A stretch of 64,000 nucleotides of DNA from Octopus sinensis (taxonomy: Eukaryota). Below, one piece after another: positions 24,215 to 37,258 of the stretch; position 1 is the stretch's first letter, and every line of letters starts with the position of its first letter. Location: assembly GCF_006345805.1 (NCBI RefSeq), contig NC_043000.1:72292001-72356000 (forward strand), written 5' to 3'. Below the pieces are notes generated by a model. The model ran no database searches. It worked only from the letters and a program-made list of their open reading frames with translations, and was not told the DNA's origin. The position numbers and the translations under genes are program-made.

Positions 24215-26033
24215 CATTCTGCCAAAAATCCACGTGAAATTTGTTACGACGAAACAATTAAATTGTTATCGAATTTTTTCAGTGAGAGAAGTTCCCTGTT
24301 CAGTACTTGCTGGGAGTGTTTGAATTTAGTTAAAAAAAGATGAAGATTTCGTCACCTATACCAGAGTCGTCAATCGAGAATGCGAAAGATTCAAACTAAA
24401 AGAATTAACCCCAAACATGTTCAAATGTCTAATTTTTGTTCTAAGGTTAACTGCAAGCAAAAATGCAGAGATACTTCTCCGGATATTGACAAAATTGGAA
24501 CAGGACCTAATTGAAGAAAACTCTCACATACATTGCGTGCTGACCTGTAACGGATATGGAAACAGAAAAACGTAGATCAAGACCCAATTCATGCTATGAG
24601 TTTGGAGGTCTACATTTAAAAAATAACTGTCCGTTTAAAAATTTAAAATGTTTTAACTGCAAAAAAAAATCGGACATAAAAGCTCACATTGCAGAGCAGA
24701 GAAAAAAAGGTCGGACGGAAAAAAATCTGGAAATGTTTTCTCAACAGAAAGTTTAGGTGAAGCTCATAAAAGTAAGTTTGTGTACGTAAAAATTAATAAT
24801 GTGAACGTGAAGTTACAGCTAGATACAGGCAGTAATATTACAATTATTAACACTGACACATAGAGAAAAATAGGAAAGTCTACATTAAAAATTGCGAAAG
24901 GTGTCTCAGGAAAAAATTACATCTTTTGGGCGAAATGATAACTGAAGTTACATTTAGGTGTTAAACCTTGAAAACGAAAGTTTTTGAGTTAATTAATGCA
25001 ACAAACTTGTTCGGTACTGACTGGATGGAATTGTTTAATTTATGGGACCTCCCCATAAATCTTTTCAGTAAAAATATAAATAGTTTTTCCTTCAGTAAAA
25101 ACAAGTCGTCAGACGAATTGAAAGAAAAAGTAAAAATATTTTTCCTGAATTTCTGTCCGATAAATTAGTTCTGTGTACCAAAACAAGGGCGTGTTTTCAA
25201 ATAAAAAAAAACGTCAGACTAGTATTTAAACCTAAACGAATGGTACCCTTCGCAGCGATGAAGCAAGTCAATGAAGAACTAGAGAAACTAAAAAAATTGG
25301 AGTTATCCAAAAAGTGGAATATTCTAAATGGGCAGCACCAACTGTATATATTAAGAAAATGAATAATATATTCAGTGTGCGCTGATTTTTCCACTAGTTT
25401 AAACGAATATCTTAAAACGTTACACTATCCGCTTCCTACTCCGAAGAATATTTGTGCGAATTTATTTTTCTAAATTGGATCTCTCTGACACGTACCTACA
25501 AATTAGAATAGACGATTAATGCTCTAAATACCTAACAATTAACACACCTAAAGGACTGTATAGGTTACCATTTGGTTTAAAAGTGGCACCAGCGATTTTT
25601 CAACGGATTATGAATGCAGTGTTAGCAGACTGTGAATTCGCAATTCCATATCTGGATCATACACTCAACAAAAGCGAATCCAGGGATCAAAACATTGAGC
25701 ACGTAAAATATGTATTTGAAAAAATTAGGGATTACGGCTTTACCTTGAATGAAGAAAAGTGTGAATTGTTCTTACCGGAAATAAGATATTTGACAAATAT
25801 AGACGACGACCTGACCCGTCGAAGGCAGACGCAATCAAAAGTATGCCTCTTCCGACAAATATAGCCACCTTACAAACATTTTTAGGACTCGCAAATTATT
25901 ACCAAAATTATATCCCAAATATGCATAAGGTTAGAGTTCCACTGAATAATTTGTTGAAAAAAGATATGAAATAGGATTGGACAGAAAATTGCCAAAAGGC
26001 GTTTCACGAAGTTAAAAATATATTAACATCATA

Positions 26034-26156
26034 GGCGTAGAAGTGGCTGTGTGGTAAGTAGCTTGCTTACGAACCACATTCGTTCGACTAAAGGTGGTGC
26101 TCCAGCATGGCCGCAGTAAATTATTGAAACAAATAAAAGGATAAAAGAATAAAATA
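26034..26156 (+). mobile_element. SINE S1 head joined directly to tail, inserted in Gypsy pol
   Basis: 46-nt head followed by ...cgactaaaggtggtgctccagcatggccgcag tail. Confidence 0.85.
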
Positions 26157-26949
26157 ATCGGATTTGTCGTTAGATCATTTTGATCCTGCAGCGGAGATTG
26201 TTGTAGCTTCAGACCCTTCTGAGCACGGCATAGCAGCAGTAATGCTACATAAATATAAAGATGGTAACATGAAGGTGGTGATTCATGCCTCACATTCTCT
26301 GATATCAACAGAGAAAAATTATGGCCGACCATTATTATCGCTATTTGGGTCGAAAAAAGGAATTCCTACCCATACTGTTAATAGGTTACAACGCTGGGCA
26401 ACGATATTATTAAACTACGATTTCAAGATGGAGTATATATATTTTAAGAGTTTAGGCCATGCGGATTGTTTTCAAAACTGATTTCAATAAACGTGGAACC
26501 ATTTGAAGATACTGTGATTGCCGCTTTGCGAGCGGAAAATGAAATTTAAAATGTTTTGTGTAACATCATTCGTGAACTGCCAGTTATGTTACCAAACATA
26601 AAAGCAAAAGCGGAAAATGATAAATTCATTATAAAAATGAAGGAAACACTGAAGACTAAAGAAAATAAAAAATATGCTTCTTTGTTGGAAGAAAAGAGGA
26701 TTTACAGTAAAAACAAACCCTCAGCCCTCCCTCCAGCGTATAAATTACTTTAAAAAGAAATACTTTAAAAGGGAAAAACGTGAGAAAAAATATTTAATTA
26801 AATTAAGGATAGACAAAAACATGTGCATTCTCGCACGTAAACACATTATTCACACATATACAAACATACGCAGACGCAAATATTGAAGTACTAAATGGCA
26901 CGTCAAATGATATTTAACCGTGTGGAACATTTTACATGCATATCAATAT

Positions 26950-29900
26950 TCTAAAGTTGGACCTACTATTCCTTATCCTAAAGCTGCTTCAGGCAACTAG
27001 GAAGGGTTCCTGACTCGTTTCACCGTCTGCTTTCAATCTTGGATTGTGATTCGGTTCAGCCCAAACTCTCTCAGATTTTGTCTGCTGTTGCCTACTCCTA
27101 CAAGGATTGCAGCTGTTTTTGTTCCTGCTTTAACTCAGATTTGTCCTAGAGCCCATAGAAGATTGTTTTTGGTCAACCATCTATCATGTCAGCTACCTAC
27201 AGATCGAAACTGAGATCTGCGAGAAGGGCTTCTTATCAGTCCTACCTCTGGTCGCATGCTGTAGTGCTGACAGAGAAAGTGAATTGAGGGCGAATCGAAG
27301 TAAAGTAGATACCTCCGTCAACGATGCTATCTCTGATACCCCTTATTCTGCTTGTTCCCCAACTCCCGCCCCTCAAACTTCACAGCTCAGCATCGTCTAT
27401 ACCAACTCGAGCTCCTTATTTCCAAAGTTCAGCGAACTATTTACACTGACCATGCGTGATTCTTCTGATGTGATAGCTATCACCGAGACTTGGCTGACTC
27501 CAGCAGTAAAGGACTCAGAAATCCACCTACAGGACTACGCCCTCTTCAGATGTGACAGAGAAAAAAGGCGAGGTGGAGGTGTTGCTGTGTATGTTAAATC
27601 TGATCTCAAACCGTCCAGCGGTATTCTACCCACTAATGCTCAACCTACAACAAAATTCGATGCCGTCTATTGCAAGCTGAGCCTATCCGGGTTTTGCCTG
27701 CCCGTGTTAGCTGTCTACAGGCCGCCTCTTGCCGACCCCCAGGACGATGCTCATTTACTCGAAGCGATAAGGTTCGTTTCAGCTTCTCATGACTGTTTGA
27801 TATTAGGAGACTTCAACTCTCCCACGATCGATTGGCCCGCATCAATTTGTACATCATCTTCCCGGTTCGGCCAGGCCCTTCTTGACGTGGCTGAAGATTG
27901 TTTTCTATCGCAACATGTTGAATATCCGACAAGGCATCGGTCTGGGCAGCAGCCATCTATGCTGGATCTGGTATTCTCCCGCTATCAAGATCAGTGTCAG
28001 ACGTATCTGTGTGTGCCCTTCTTGCCAAGAGTGATCATGCGGTCCTGAAGTTCGTCATACACACAACTTTTTCTACGCCCACGACTACTTCGCTGCCACG
28101 TAGAGTCTTCTCTGCAATTAATCTTGAAATTCTAACCGAGGCTTCCGCGCTTCTGGACTGGTGATCCCTGATGACGTTGTCCTCAGTTGACGAACTATGG
28201 TCATCCCTTAAAGCATATGTAATCTGTTTGACTGACCAGGCAGTTCCCGTTGGGATTCCCAAGAAGAAGAAACACAAGCCCTGGGTGACGAAGAAGGTTA
28301 AACGAGAACTTCAACTCAGAGATATTGCTTGGGCTGAATTCAAAAATCTGGATTCAACTGCAGCTTTTGAGGTGTACAAAACTCAACGAGACCGAGCCGT
28401 GAAAATTGAAATGGAAGAACGCTTCAGTTATGAATACAAAATCGCGGCAAACGCCAGTACCAATCCAAAAACCTTCTTTGCCCATGTTCAACGGAATTCC
28501 CGCTTGAACAACCAAATTGCAACGTTGGTAGACTCGAGGACCCTTATCAACAGAGTCAATTATTTGCCGAAGCTTTTTCAACTATTTTCAAACAAGACGA
28601 TGGTCGTGAACCCCCTCCATTTGATAGATCGGTACCTCCAATGCTTCGATTGGTCATCACGCGGGACGAAGTCGAACGCGTTATTCAAGGCCTCGATGTC
28701 AACAAGGGTCACGGCCCTGACTGCATACACCCACGGGTTATCAAAGCGTTGGCTCCGGTCATCTGCAAGCCCTTAACACATCTATTCAATATGTCATTGG
28801 CGACGGGTGTTATACCTGCGGACTGGACAACAACGATAATCTGCCCAATTTTCAAGAAAGGGAGCCGCGAAGACCCACTTAACTACCGACCGGTTTCCCT
28901 TACATCAATAATCAGCAAGATGTTCGAAACCATCCTTAAGAAAAGTATGATGCTCCAGCTCCAAAACACAGCCTCTATCTCTGATTCCCAACACGGCTTC
29001 GTGCCGAAGAGATCATGCTTGACCAACTTACTGGTAATGGAAGAATTGGTGACGCGCATCCTCGATGATAGTGATGCTGTTGACATCGTTTTATTGGACT
29101 TTGCCAAAGCTTTTGACTCGGTAAACCACCGCCTATTACTTGTCGAGCTTCAAGCATATAGTTTCCATCCGGATATTGTACGATGGGTTGGTGCCTTCCT
29201 CTCAGATCGCTCCTTCCAAGTCCAAGTTAATGGTTCGCGGTCCGACATCTCCAGTGCGAGCAGTGGCGTGCCTCAAGGTTCAGTGCTTGGGCCCTTATTG
29301 TTCTTAGTCTTCATAAATGACTTGCCCGACGACCTCACGCAACACACCCTTCTATTTGCCGACTACTTCAAACTGGTCGCTCCTCGCAGTGATATAGAGG
29401 ATCTTCGTCGATGCCTCCACCAAATTTGGAGATGGTCTAACGAATGGGACCTGTGTCTGAACGTGTCAAAGTACTGTCATCTGCCTGTTGGCTCTCCTCC
29501 TGCAACTCAATTTGATTTCGAGCCGGGTCGTCTGCTGCTGGAGAGGACCGATCAGGTAAAGGACCTGGGTATATTGGTGGATTCCTCCTTTTCGCCTTCG
29601 GCCCAGTGCGTCCATGCTGCCAACAAAACACGCGGAATTCTGTTCTTGATTCGACGGTCATTCGGAATGCTCACAGCAGCCATATTCCTACCGCTCTATG
29701 TCACGCTGGTGAGACCCATATTGGAGTATGGGATTCAAGCCTCGTCTCCTTATCTCCTCAAAGACATACAGCATCTCGAAAGAGTCCAGAAGCTGGCTAC
29801 CCGCATGGTTCTTGGTCTCAAGAATTTGTCTTATGAAGAAAGGCTGAAGACGCTCGACCTTTATTCTCTAGAAAAACGACGACGCCGTGGAGATCTCATT

Positions 29901-30240
29901 CTTGCTCACAACATCATAAGCGGAAAGTGTAACCTCTCGAAAGAGCTGTTCTTCACTCCTGCTCCAGAGCGTCGGCTGCGGGATCATTCCGAAAAGCTCT
30001 ATCTGCGACGATTTCATCTCAATCGAAGGAGAGGGGCTTTCTCCGTCCGGGTTGCGGATCCGTGGAATAAGCTGCCTGACGAGATGGTGAAGATGCCGAC
30101 GACCGCTCGGTTCAAGGTCTCCCTTGACCTCAAGTGGCCTGAACTCTTTACATGTACCGCCCGGTACATAACTCCATGTCCCCCTACAAGGCCTTGCTTT
30201 TTGCTTTTTGAGCCAAAAAACTAACTGAATAACTAACTAA
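26950..30240 (+). mobile_element. CR1-clade LINE (APE + RT), lightly mutated, nested in Gypsy pol
   Basis: ORF pieces 27284-28048, 28171-28776 and 28641-30224; AITETWL, GDFN, LDFAKAFDSV, GVPQGSVLGPLLF, YEERLKTLDLYSLEKRRRRGDLI; (CTAA)-like tail. 5' boundary uncertain. Confidence 0.92.
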
Positions 30241-30670
30241 TGCAAACAGTTTCTCACTGTGCGACAATGTGTATGCACAAAGAGTCGTAGTGCCAGCCGA
30301 ACTACAAAACGTTTATTAAAGAAATTTTATATTGGTCACCCTGGGATTTCGAGAATGAAATCACTCGGTGAAAATCCTGCAGAGGCTGCGCCCTTGCAGC
30401 CAAGTCACTACAGGTAAAATTCCAACCTAAAACCGAATGTCCGTGGACCAGGCTTCATATAGAGTGTGCTGCATCAGTAAATGGCACTTAGTACCTGATT
30501 GTAGCAGAAAGTTATAAGTGGCCGGAAATATGTAGATGTGGGAAATCAATCTCTACGGTAACAATAGAATTTCTTCACAAACTCTTTACAAGATATGGTG
30601 TCCCGGACACTATAGTATCTGATAACGCTACGCAGTTTATGGCGTATGAGTTTTTAAATTTTTGCAAAAT
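30241..30670 (+). mobile_element. Continuation of the Gypsy pol: integrase
   Basis: RVVVPAELQ..IGHPGISRMKSL..CRGCALAAK..YGVPDTIVSDNATQF. Confidence 0.85.
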
Positions 30671-31696
30671 ATGCATCTCTATCCCTTTTGTGCATTAGGT
30701 ATTTGATTGATATTTCCTGTTCCTGGATAGCAAACGCATACCCTTCAAAGTGGGAGTAAGTAATCCGGTTATTGGTCAATGATAGTCTTCTTTGAGGATG
30801 AATGTTAGTACTAACTTGGAGCGTTATACTAACACATCCATACATAGTCTTCTGCTCATATATGCTCATCCTTTCATCTGGTGATACGTTGCGGTGGAAT
30901 TGTGCGACTTCTTTGGGCATGTATTTAAAGTTATCAGACAAGGAATGCTGCTTAAGGAGCGGCCTTCCAAGTCTTATGATGTTATCAGCCTCGTGTAAGC
31001 AAACGTTGTCAAGGGATGCACTTCAACACATGGTGATTAAAAGATGTTGCCGATGGGATATGATATGACATTTAAAGTCCTTTTGAACTGATCTTAAGCC
31101 TCTGTAGGCTCGTTTACGTTTTAGGTAGAGGCGATCTACGTCACTGTTGATGTGGAAATTATGTGTGCTGGTTAGTAACTTCCACGTTTTCCCATCAATG
31201 GATTGGATTTCATCAAGCATCCAATCAAGCAGTCCAAGCGTTGGTACGAGTACTGGCACTGCAAACACATTGTGGGCCACTGTTCTATTGAATACCGAAT
31301 CGTGAGGTCCAAATTTTCTTTATTCAGTTGTAATACTCTTTAGTGCCACGTGTTTTGTTACAGAGGCCATTGTAAGATGTTTTCATCCACCTCTAGATAC
31401 CTGTAACTTTCCTCATCAGATATAGGGGAAAGAGTCAAATCATTGATGGAGATGTTGCAAGTTTGGTATACAGTCTTCCCTCTTTTCACAACTATGTAAC
31501 AACATTTATCCTGACCAAACTCTAATACTACATCCTTTGAGAATGTTGTAACTAGGTGAAGGCTCTTTTTCATCGTGTGTATATTCTTTACATAAAGTTT
31601 CAAGTCATCCACAAAAACAGTTTGTAATTTTGGTATTTGTTTCCTTGCGAAACAGTGAGATATCCGTCAGACTTCCTGAACATCAATGACAAAGGG
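30670..31696 (-). mobile_element. R4-clade LINE family a, internal fragment
   Basis: FVDDLKLYVK..EFGQDKC; DVDRLYLKRK; homologous to 35330-36340. Confidence 0.8.
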
Positions 31697-31756
31697 GGTA
31701 TGTATGTATGCATGTCTATCTATTTATCTGTCAATCTCTCTCTCTGTCTCTCTGTC

Positions 31757-31824
<68 letters not shown>

Positions 31825-31869
31825 CATATATAAATGTACATATGTATATATATATATGTGTGAGTAATA

Positions 31870-32045
31870 CAGTTCTATATTTAAGAGATGAGGAATTATG
31901 TACATTATTTACTTTTGCCGGATATTTCTCATCTTCTTTGTTGTTAGCACAACGTTTCGGCTGATATACCCTCCAGCCTTTATCAGGTGTTTTGGGAAAA
32001 TTTCGAACCTGGGTTCTCATTCCTAAGGTATTTTTCGATATTATT
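31870..32045 (-). mobile_element. Short PLE-LTR-like repeat carrying a minimal hammerhead-like motif (31947-31990)
   Basis: Minus strand acac-CTGATAA-A-GGCTG..CAGCC-GAAAC-GTT-gtg. Confidence 0.55.
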
Positions 32046-32221
32046 ATTATTATTGAGTGAGAGAGTAGTGCATGCCATCAAAGTGACACTGGGGAAAAAT
32101 ATACGAAGCCCAGTATACCCATCATGACTACCCGCCTGATAAGGGTACACTAGGCACATGCATCACAACCATATGTGCGCGACATAGTGATCTCATATCA
32201 AGATAAACAGCACATGACCTT

Positions 32222-32300
32222 AAATCAGCAAAATGTGGAACCTGAAGACTAAAACAATACCTGTTGTCATAGGTGCCCTGGGAATGATAGCGAAAGGGAC
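32222..32300 (+). mobile_element. Short fragment of Dong-like family c
   Basis: Near-identical to ~49056-49135. Confidence 0.8.
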
Positions 32301-32671
32301 TAATACGAAAAAACCCTCCCGGCTACATCCCGAAAATTCATTTCGTTGCCGAATTTCTACAATGTTTACGGCGATTCGTTTTTATATCTTGAATTCTTAT
32401 TTTTCATGCAATTTACGCATGCTTGCACGCGTGGTGAACACAGTTCACGTCAAACAGGTGACTGAGTAAAGTTCACTATTCAATGCATGGGATAAGGCCT
32501 AAACAAATATATTATCGATTTTTCCACTTGCGAGATGAATTTCGGAACAGAAATAGCGCAGTTCAATTTTCATTCGCCTAAACTTTAAGTGACCCATTTT
32601 TGGAGGTTCTACGCTTTGTTGGCTAGGAGGAGATGTGCCGGGAAGTTAAACACACAGACACACAAGTTGAG

Positions 32672-32800
<129 letters not shown>

Positions 32801-33622
32801 TAAGGACCGAAATCCTTCAAAGGGATGTTAAACATCCAAATTCACCGGTTCTAAGAATATATATAAATCTATATATTCAATATCGGTACAATAAATAAAG
32901 TATAATAAGGAAAGGAAAAATAGAAGTGTAGACATTACTTTATTCCAAGTTGGTACATATATGAGATTATTAGTCGTACTATGATTAATGACACGCTTTA
33001 AAGTAGCATTAAGAAAATACTTCCTTTTCTCACTCTAAGCACTCCCATTACTTAATTAAGGAAAATATTTATTTCATTCCTATAAAATTCATAAATCAAC
33101 TAAGTCTGTCACTTAAGTCTTCTCGGAAGAGAATTCACATATATAGCTAAGGTACACAGAGTTGGTAATAGTGACCTAGCGTTATCTGTAATTTGATATA
33201 CTATTCTCAGTACTAATTTTACTCATTACCTTGGTTTCTCTTTTTCCTATATTTTATCCTCGTCATCGAATCGTTTTGAGCTCTTGTTTCCCATATATAC
33301 GCATTTGCTTGTCGTATTTACAGGTCTTATTTTACAGTTTTAGTTTTATGCCTTTTTTTTGCGTGATTTTATTATTTTTTTTCTACTTTTGTATTTATTA
33401 TTTATTTACGTTTTTTACCTACGTATTTTTGTGGTTTCTTCTTGCCCATGTGATGAAACAGTTTTTATGTTCTGTAATTACTTCTGCTTTATTGCCGCAT
33501 GATTCTTTGCTATATAATAGTTGTACTTTTAAATCAGCTTAATATTTCCGTATTTTTCACCTTATGAATATGGTTTGCAAAAGATTATTGAAACGTGCAT
33601 AAGGAAATTTTCGAAAGAAATA

Positions 33623-33770
33623 GGCGTAGAAGTGGCTTACGAACCACATGGTTCCGAGTTCAGTCCCACTGCGTGGCACTTTGGGCAAGTGTCTTCTACT
33701 ATAACCTCGGGCCGACCAAAGCCTTGTGAGTGGATTTGGTAGACGGAAACTGAAAGAAGCCCGTCGTATA

Positions 33771-33814
<44 letters not shown>

Positions 33815-34052
33815 GTGTGTGTGTGTGTGTGGTGTATGTTTGTTTGTGTATCTGTGTTTGTCCCCCAACATCGCTTGACAACCGATGCTGGTGTGTTTAC
33901 GTCCCTGTAACTTAGCGGTTCGGCAAAAGAGACCGATAGAATAAGTACTAGGCTTACAAAGAATAAGTCCTGGGGTTGATCTGCTCGACTAAAGGCGGTG
34001 CTTCAGCATGGCCGCAGTCAAATGACTGAAACAAATAAAAGAGTAAAAGAGT
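33623..34052 (+). mobile_element. SINE S1, full length with internal TA/GT microsatellite; extra tail copy at ~34100-34180
   Basis: B box gagttcagtcc, CORE-like ttgggcaagtgtcttctact, tail ggcggtgcttcagcatggccgcag...ctgaaac. Confidence 0.9.
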
Positions 34053-34989
34053 AACTTATCTCCTGTGTTTATATAGAGAGCGTTAAGCAGCAAATGTTGG
34101 TCGATTAGTTCAACTAAATCTTTAAGGTAGTGCGCAGCATGACCGCAACACAATGACTGAAACAAGTAAACGATAAAAGATAGATGTATACATACACACA
34201 CACATATTCTCTAGTATGAAGACGTGTCAGGGGCTGAAGTTCATTGCAGGCTTTCAATTCGTGAGCTGCACTCAAGCGCGTTGAAGTGTCTATGAGTGGA
34301 AAACATGAAAGACTCAAGATTTCCCAGAAAAAGTATTTTTTTTGGTGATGTGTTTATTTGTTGATGCAAAATTATTGCTAGCATTACAATAACTCTGATT
34401 CCTGTTTATATATAAAGAAACCAATGAGAAAAGTCCTCAATATTTCCTGAAAGGAGTGAATGTATTTGTATGTTATCTTTCACAAAACCTGGAGGATACT
34501 TCAGCTCGTTTAATAACAGGATAATAGGTTTCAGATTGCTAGGCATGCACTTGTTGATTCTAACATCCGAGATATGGTGGAATTTTATTGAAATAACACT
34601 CCCAAATATTATCTAGTTTATTATAAAGGATGTTCATGAAATTATAAGCAAATTAAATACGTCGCTTCAATTATTTACTATTACGTCGCCTGACCTGGGA
34701 CATTTAGTTTTCTTTAACACTCAGCATCGTTTGGAGAGCTTTTCCCGTGACACTACCCCGCAGCTAGGTGACGTATAAAGAAAACACATACACTCTGTAT
34801 GTGCGACCGATAAAGTTTGCATCATTAGACCTGCTTTTAAATTGAAATTTCGTACACACAATCACACACACACACTAGTTAGCTCTGGCAGAGATAAAAC
34901 CGATCCATAAACACAGAACCACCCACATGATAAAAGCTACCGGCAGATTGCATGCCAATGCTTCATGTATAAAATATATACATGTTTAA

Positions 34990-36790
34990 ACCTCTTCCCA
35001 ACAGAACAAGCTGCTGGGACGAAGGGGGTCTGGTAATGTGCCGAGAAATTGTTAATAAACAAAGTTGGGATGTCAGATCGCATAGAAAGAACTTAGTTTC
35101 AATATGGCTGGACTACAAGAAAGCCTTTGACTGGATGCCAGAAGCCTTTTGACATGATAAAGCTCTGATAAATACAGTCAAAAGTCATGGCTGACCTAGA
35201 CGTTATCGTGGGCCACCATCTTCAAATTAAGTACAAGGAGTGATTGTATTATCACTGATAGAATACAGTATCGTAGAGGCATATTTCAAGGAGATGGATT
35301 CTCTCTGATGTTGTTTATAGTTTCTGAAAATCCCTTGTCATTCATGTTAAGAAAATCTGACGGATATCTCACTGATTCACAAGGGAGTAGAACTATCAAA
35401 ATTACATACTGTTTCTTTGTAGATGACTTGAAAGTATATGCCAAGAATTTACACATGATAAAAAAGAGCCTTGACCTGGTTGCAACATTCACAAAAGAAA
35501 TAGAGTTGGAGTTTGTGACTATATGGTTGTTAAATGTGACTATATTGTTGTTAAAAATGGGGAAAACTATAAACCAGTCAAGCGTCATCTCCATCAATGA
35601 TTTAACTTTTTCCTCTGTCTGATGAAAGATGTTACAGGTATCTAAGGGTGGATGAAAACATATCTTGCAATGTTACCTGTAACAAAACGTGACACTAAAG
35701 AATATTACAGTCGAATAAAGAAAATTTAGACCTCAAAACTTTCTGCAGTCATTAAAACAATTGCCCACAATGTGTTTGTGGTGCCAGTACTCGTACCAAC
35801 GTTTGGACTGCTTGATTGGACGCTTGATGAGTTTCGAGCCACTGATGTGAAAACGTGGAAGTTACTAACCAGCACACATAATTTTCACATCAGCAGTGAC
35901 ATAGACCGCCTCTACTTAAAACGAAAGCAAGGCGGCAGAAACTTTATATCGATCCACACTGCCTTTGAATGTCATGTCACAGCCCTTCGGCAACATATTT
36001 TAAACACTAAGTGTCGAAGTGCAAGCCTTGACCAAGTTTGCATACACGAGGCTGATAACATCATAAGACTTAGAAGGCAGTTCCTTTAAATATATGCTTA
36101 AAGAAGTCGCACGACTCATACGCAACGTAACATCAGATGAAAGGATGAAGACCATGTATGGATACGTTAGTACGAAGCTCCGGGATGGTGGTAACATTGA
36201 ACGTCAAAGCAGTATATCATGGATCAACAGCCGAATTACTAACTCTCACTTTGAAATGTATGCGCTTGCAATCGAGAAAAAGAAAATATCAACCAAATAC
36301 CTGATACACAAAAGGGACAGAGACGCAGGAAAAGCAACAAACCTTGTGGAGTAAATACCAAAAATATCACCCACATCATACGCAATTGTCCGGATGGATT
36401 GGTACAACCGTTACATCATTGACCATATCGTCATTTAATAAAAAATATTTTACGTTCTGTATAATGAGATCCGTCGGAAGGATAACTCCGAGGCCAGAGA
36501 AATAAGAACCCACAGTATGGTAGAAACCATAGCCTCTCATAATAAGAAAGAATACTGGTAGAATGTCCCAATGAAAACCATAATAAAATCTAAGCACAAA
36601 TTACCTGATATAATGATTTGGGATAGAGAAGAGAAACTGTAGAAGTCAGCTGCCCAACATAAAGCTAACACTCAGCGAAAAAGAAAATACCTTCGCTGAC
36701 TTATTGAAAAATCTACAATTACTCTATCCAGATTGCAAGTTCAGATTTATACCTGTAATTATTGAGGCACTTGGATATGTAACATATATA
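34990..36790 (+). mobile_element. R4-clade LINE family a, decayed RT to RLE
   Basis: IWLDYKKAFD; FFVDDLKVYAK; DIDRLYLKRKQGGR; RLE region. Confidence 0.8.
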
Positions 36791-37159
36791 TAAATATATA
36801 TAAGAACTTTTTGCGTTCATATTAACCGCCGAAACCAACTTCACGTTCGACACCAAATACTGTGTGAGCTGTTCGACATGAATTTTGCCTGGCAACATCT
36901 CACACATCGACCGCATGGCACTACATGAAAAGCCTCTCACGTCGACTTTCATCACGTGGGCAATACTAATCTTTATACTTCGCCCTCACCGTAAAAGCGC
37001 GCCAAAATCACACCGCCTACTCTTTAAACAGTCACATGAACACAAAGAATTATCTTTTCGTCTTTGCTTGTAAAACCAGAGAACGGTGTTCTAATTCACT
37101 TCGTACGAATGAAAAGTTATTTGAATATAATTTTTTTCGTTCGTAACAGTACATACGTA

Positions 37160-37183
37160 TACATATATACATACAACTACACG

Positions 37184-37258
<75 letters not shown>

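Larger units (their letters stand above)
22934..26690 (+). mobile_element. Decayed Ty3/Gypsy element: 5' LTR (22934-~23162), PBS (23181-23190), gag, protease, RT, RNase H
   Basis: EKVRLLLRKLSPAEHEKYCNYIL; CCHC-like CYEFGGLHLKNNC; LQLDTGS; LPFGLKVAPAIFQR; VASDPSEHGIAAV. LTR end resembles the 16380 LTR end. Confidence 0.85.
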
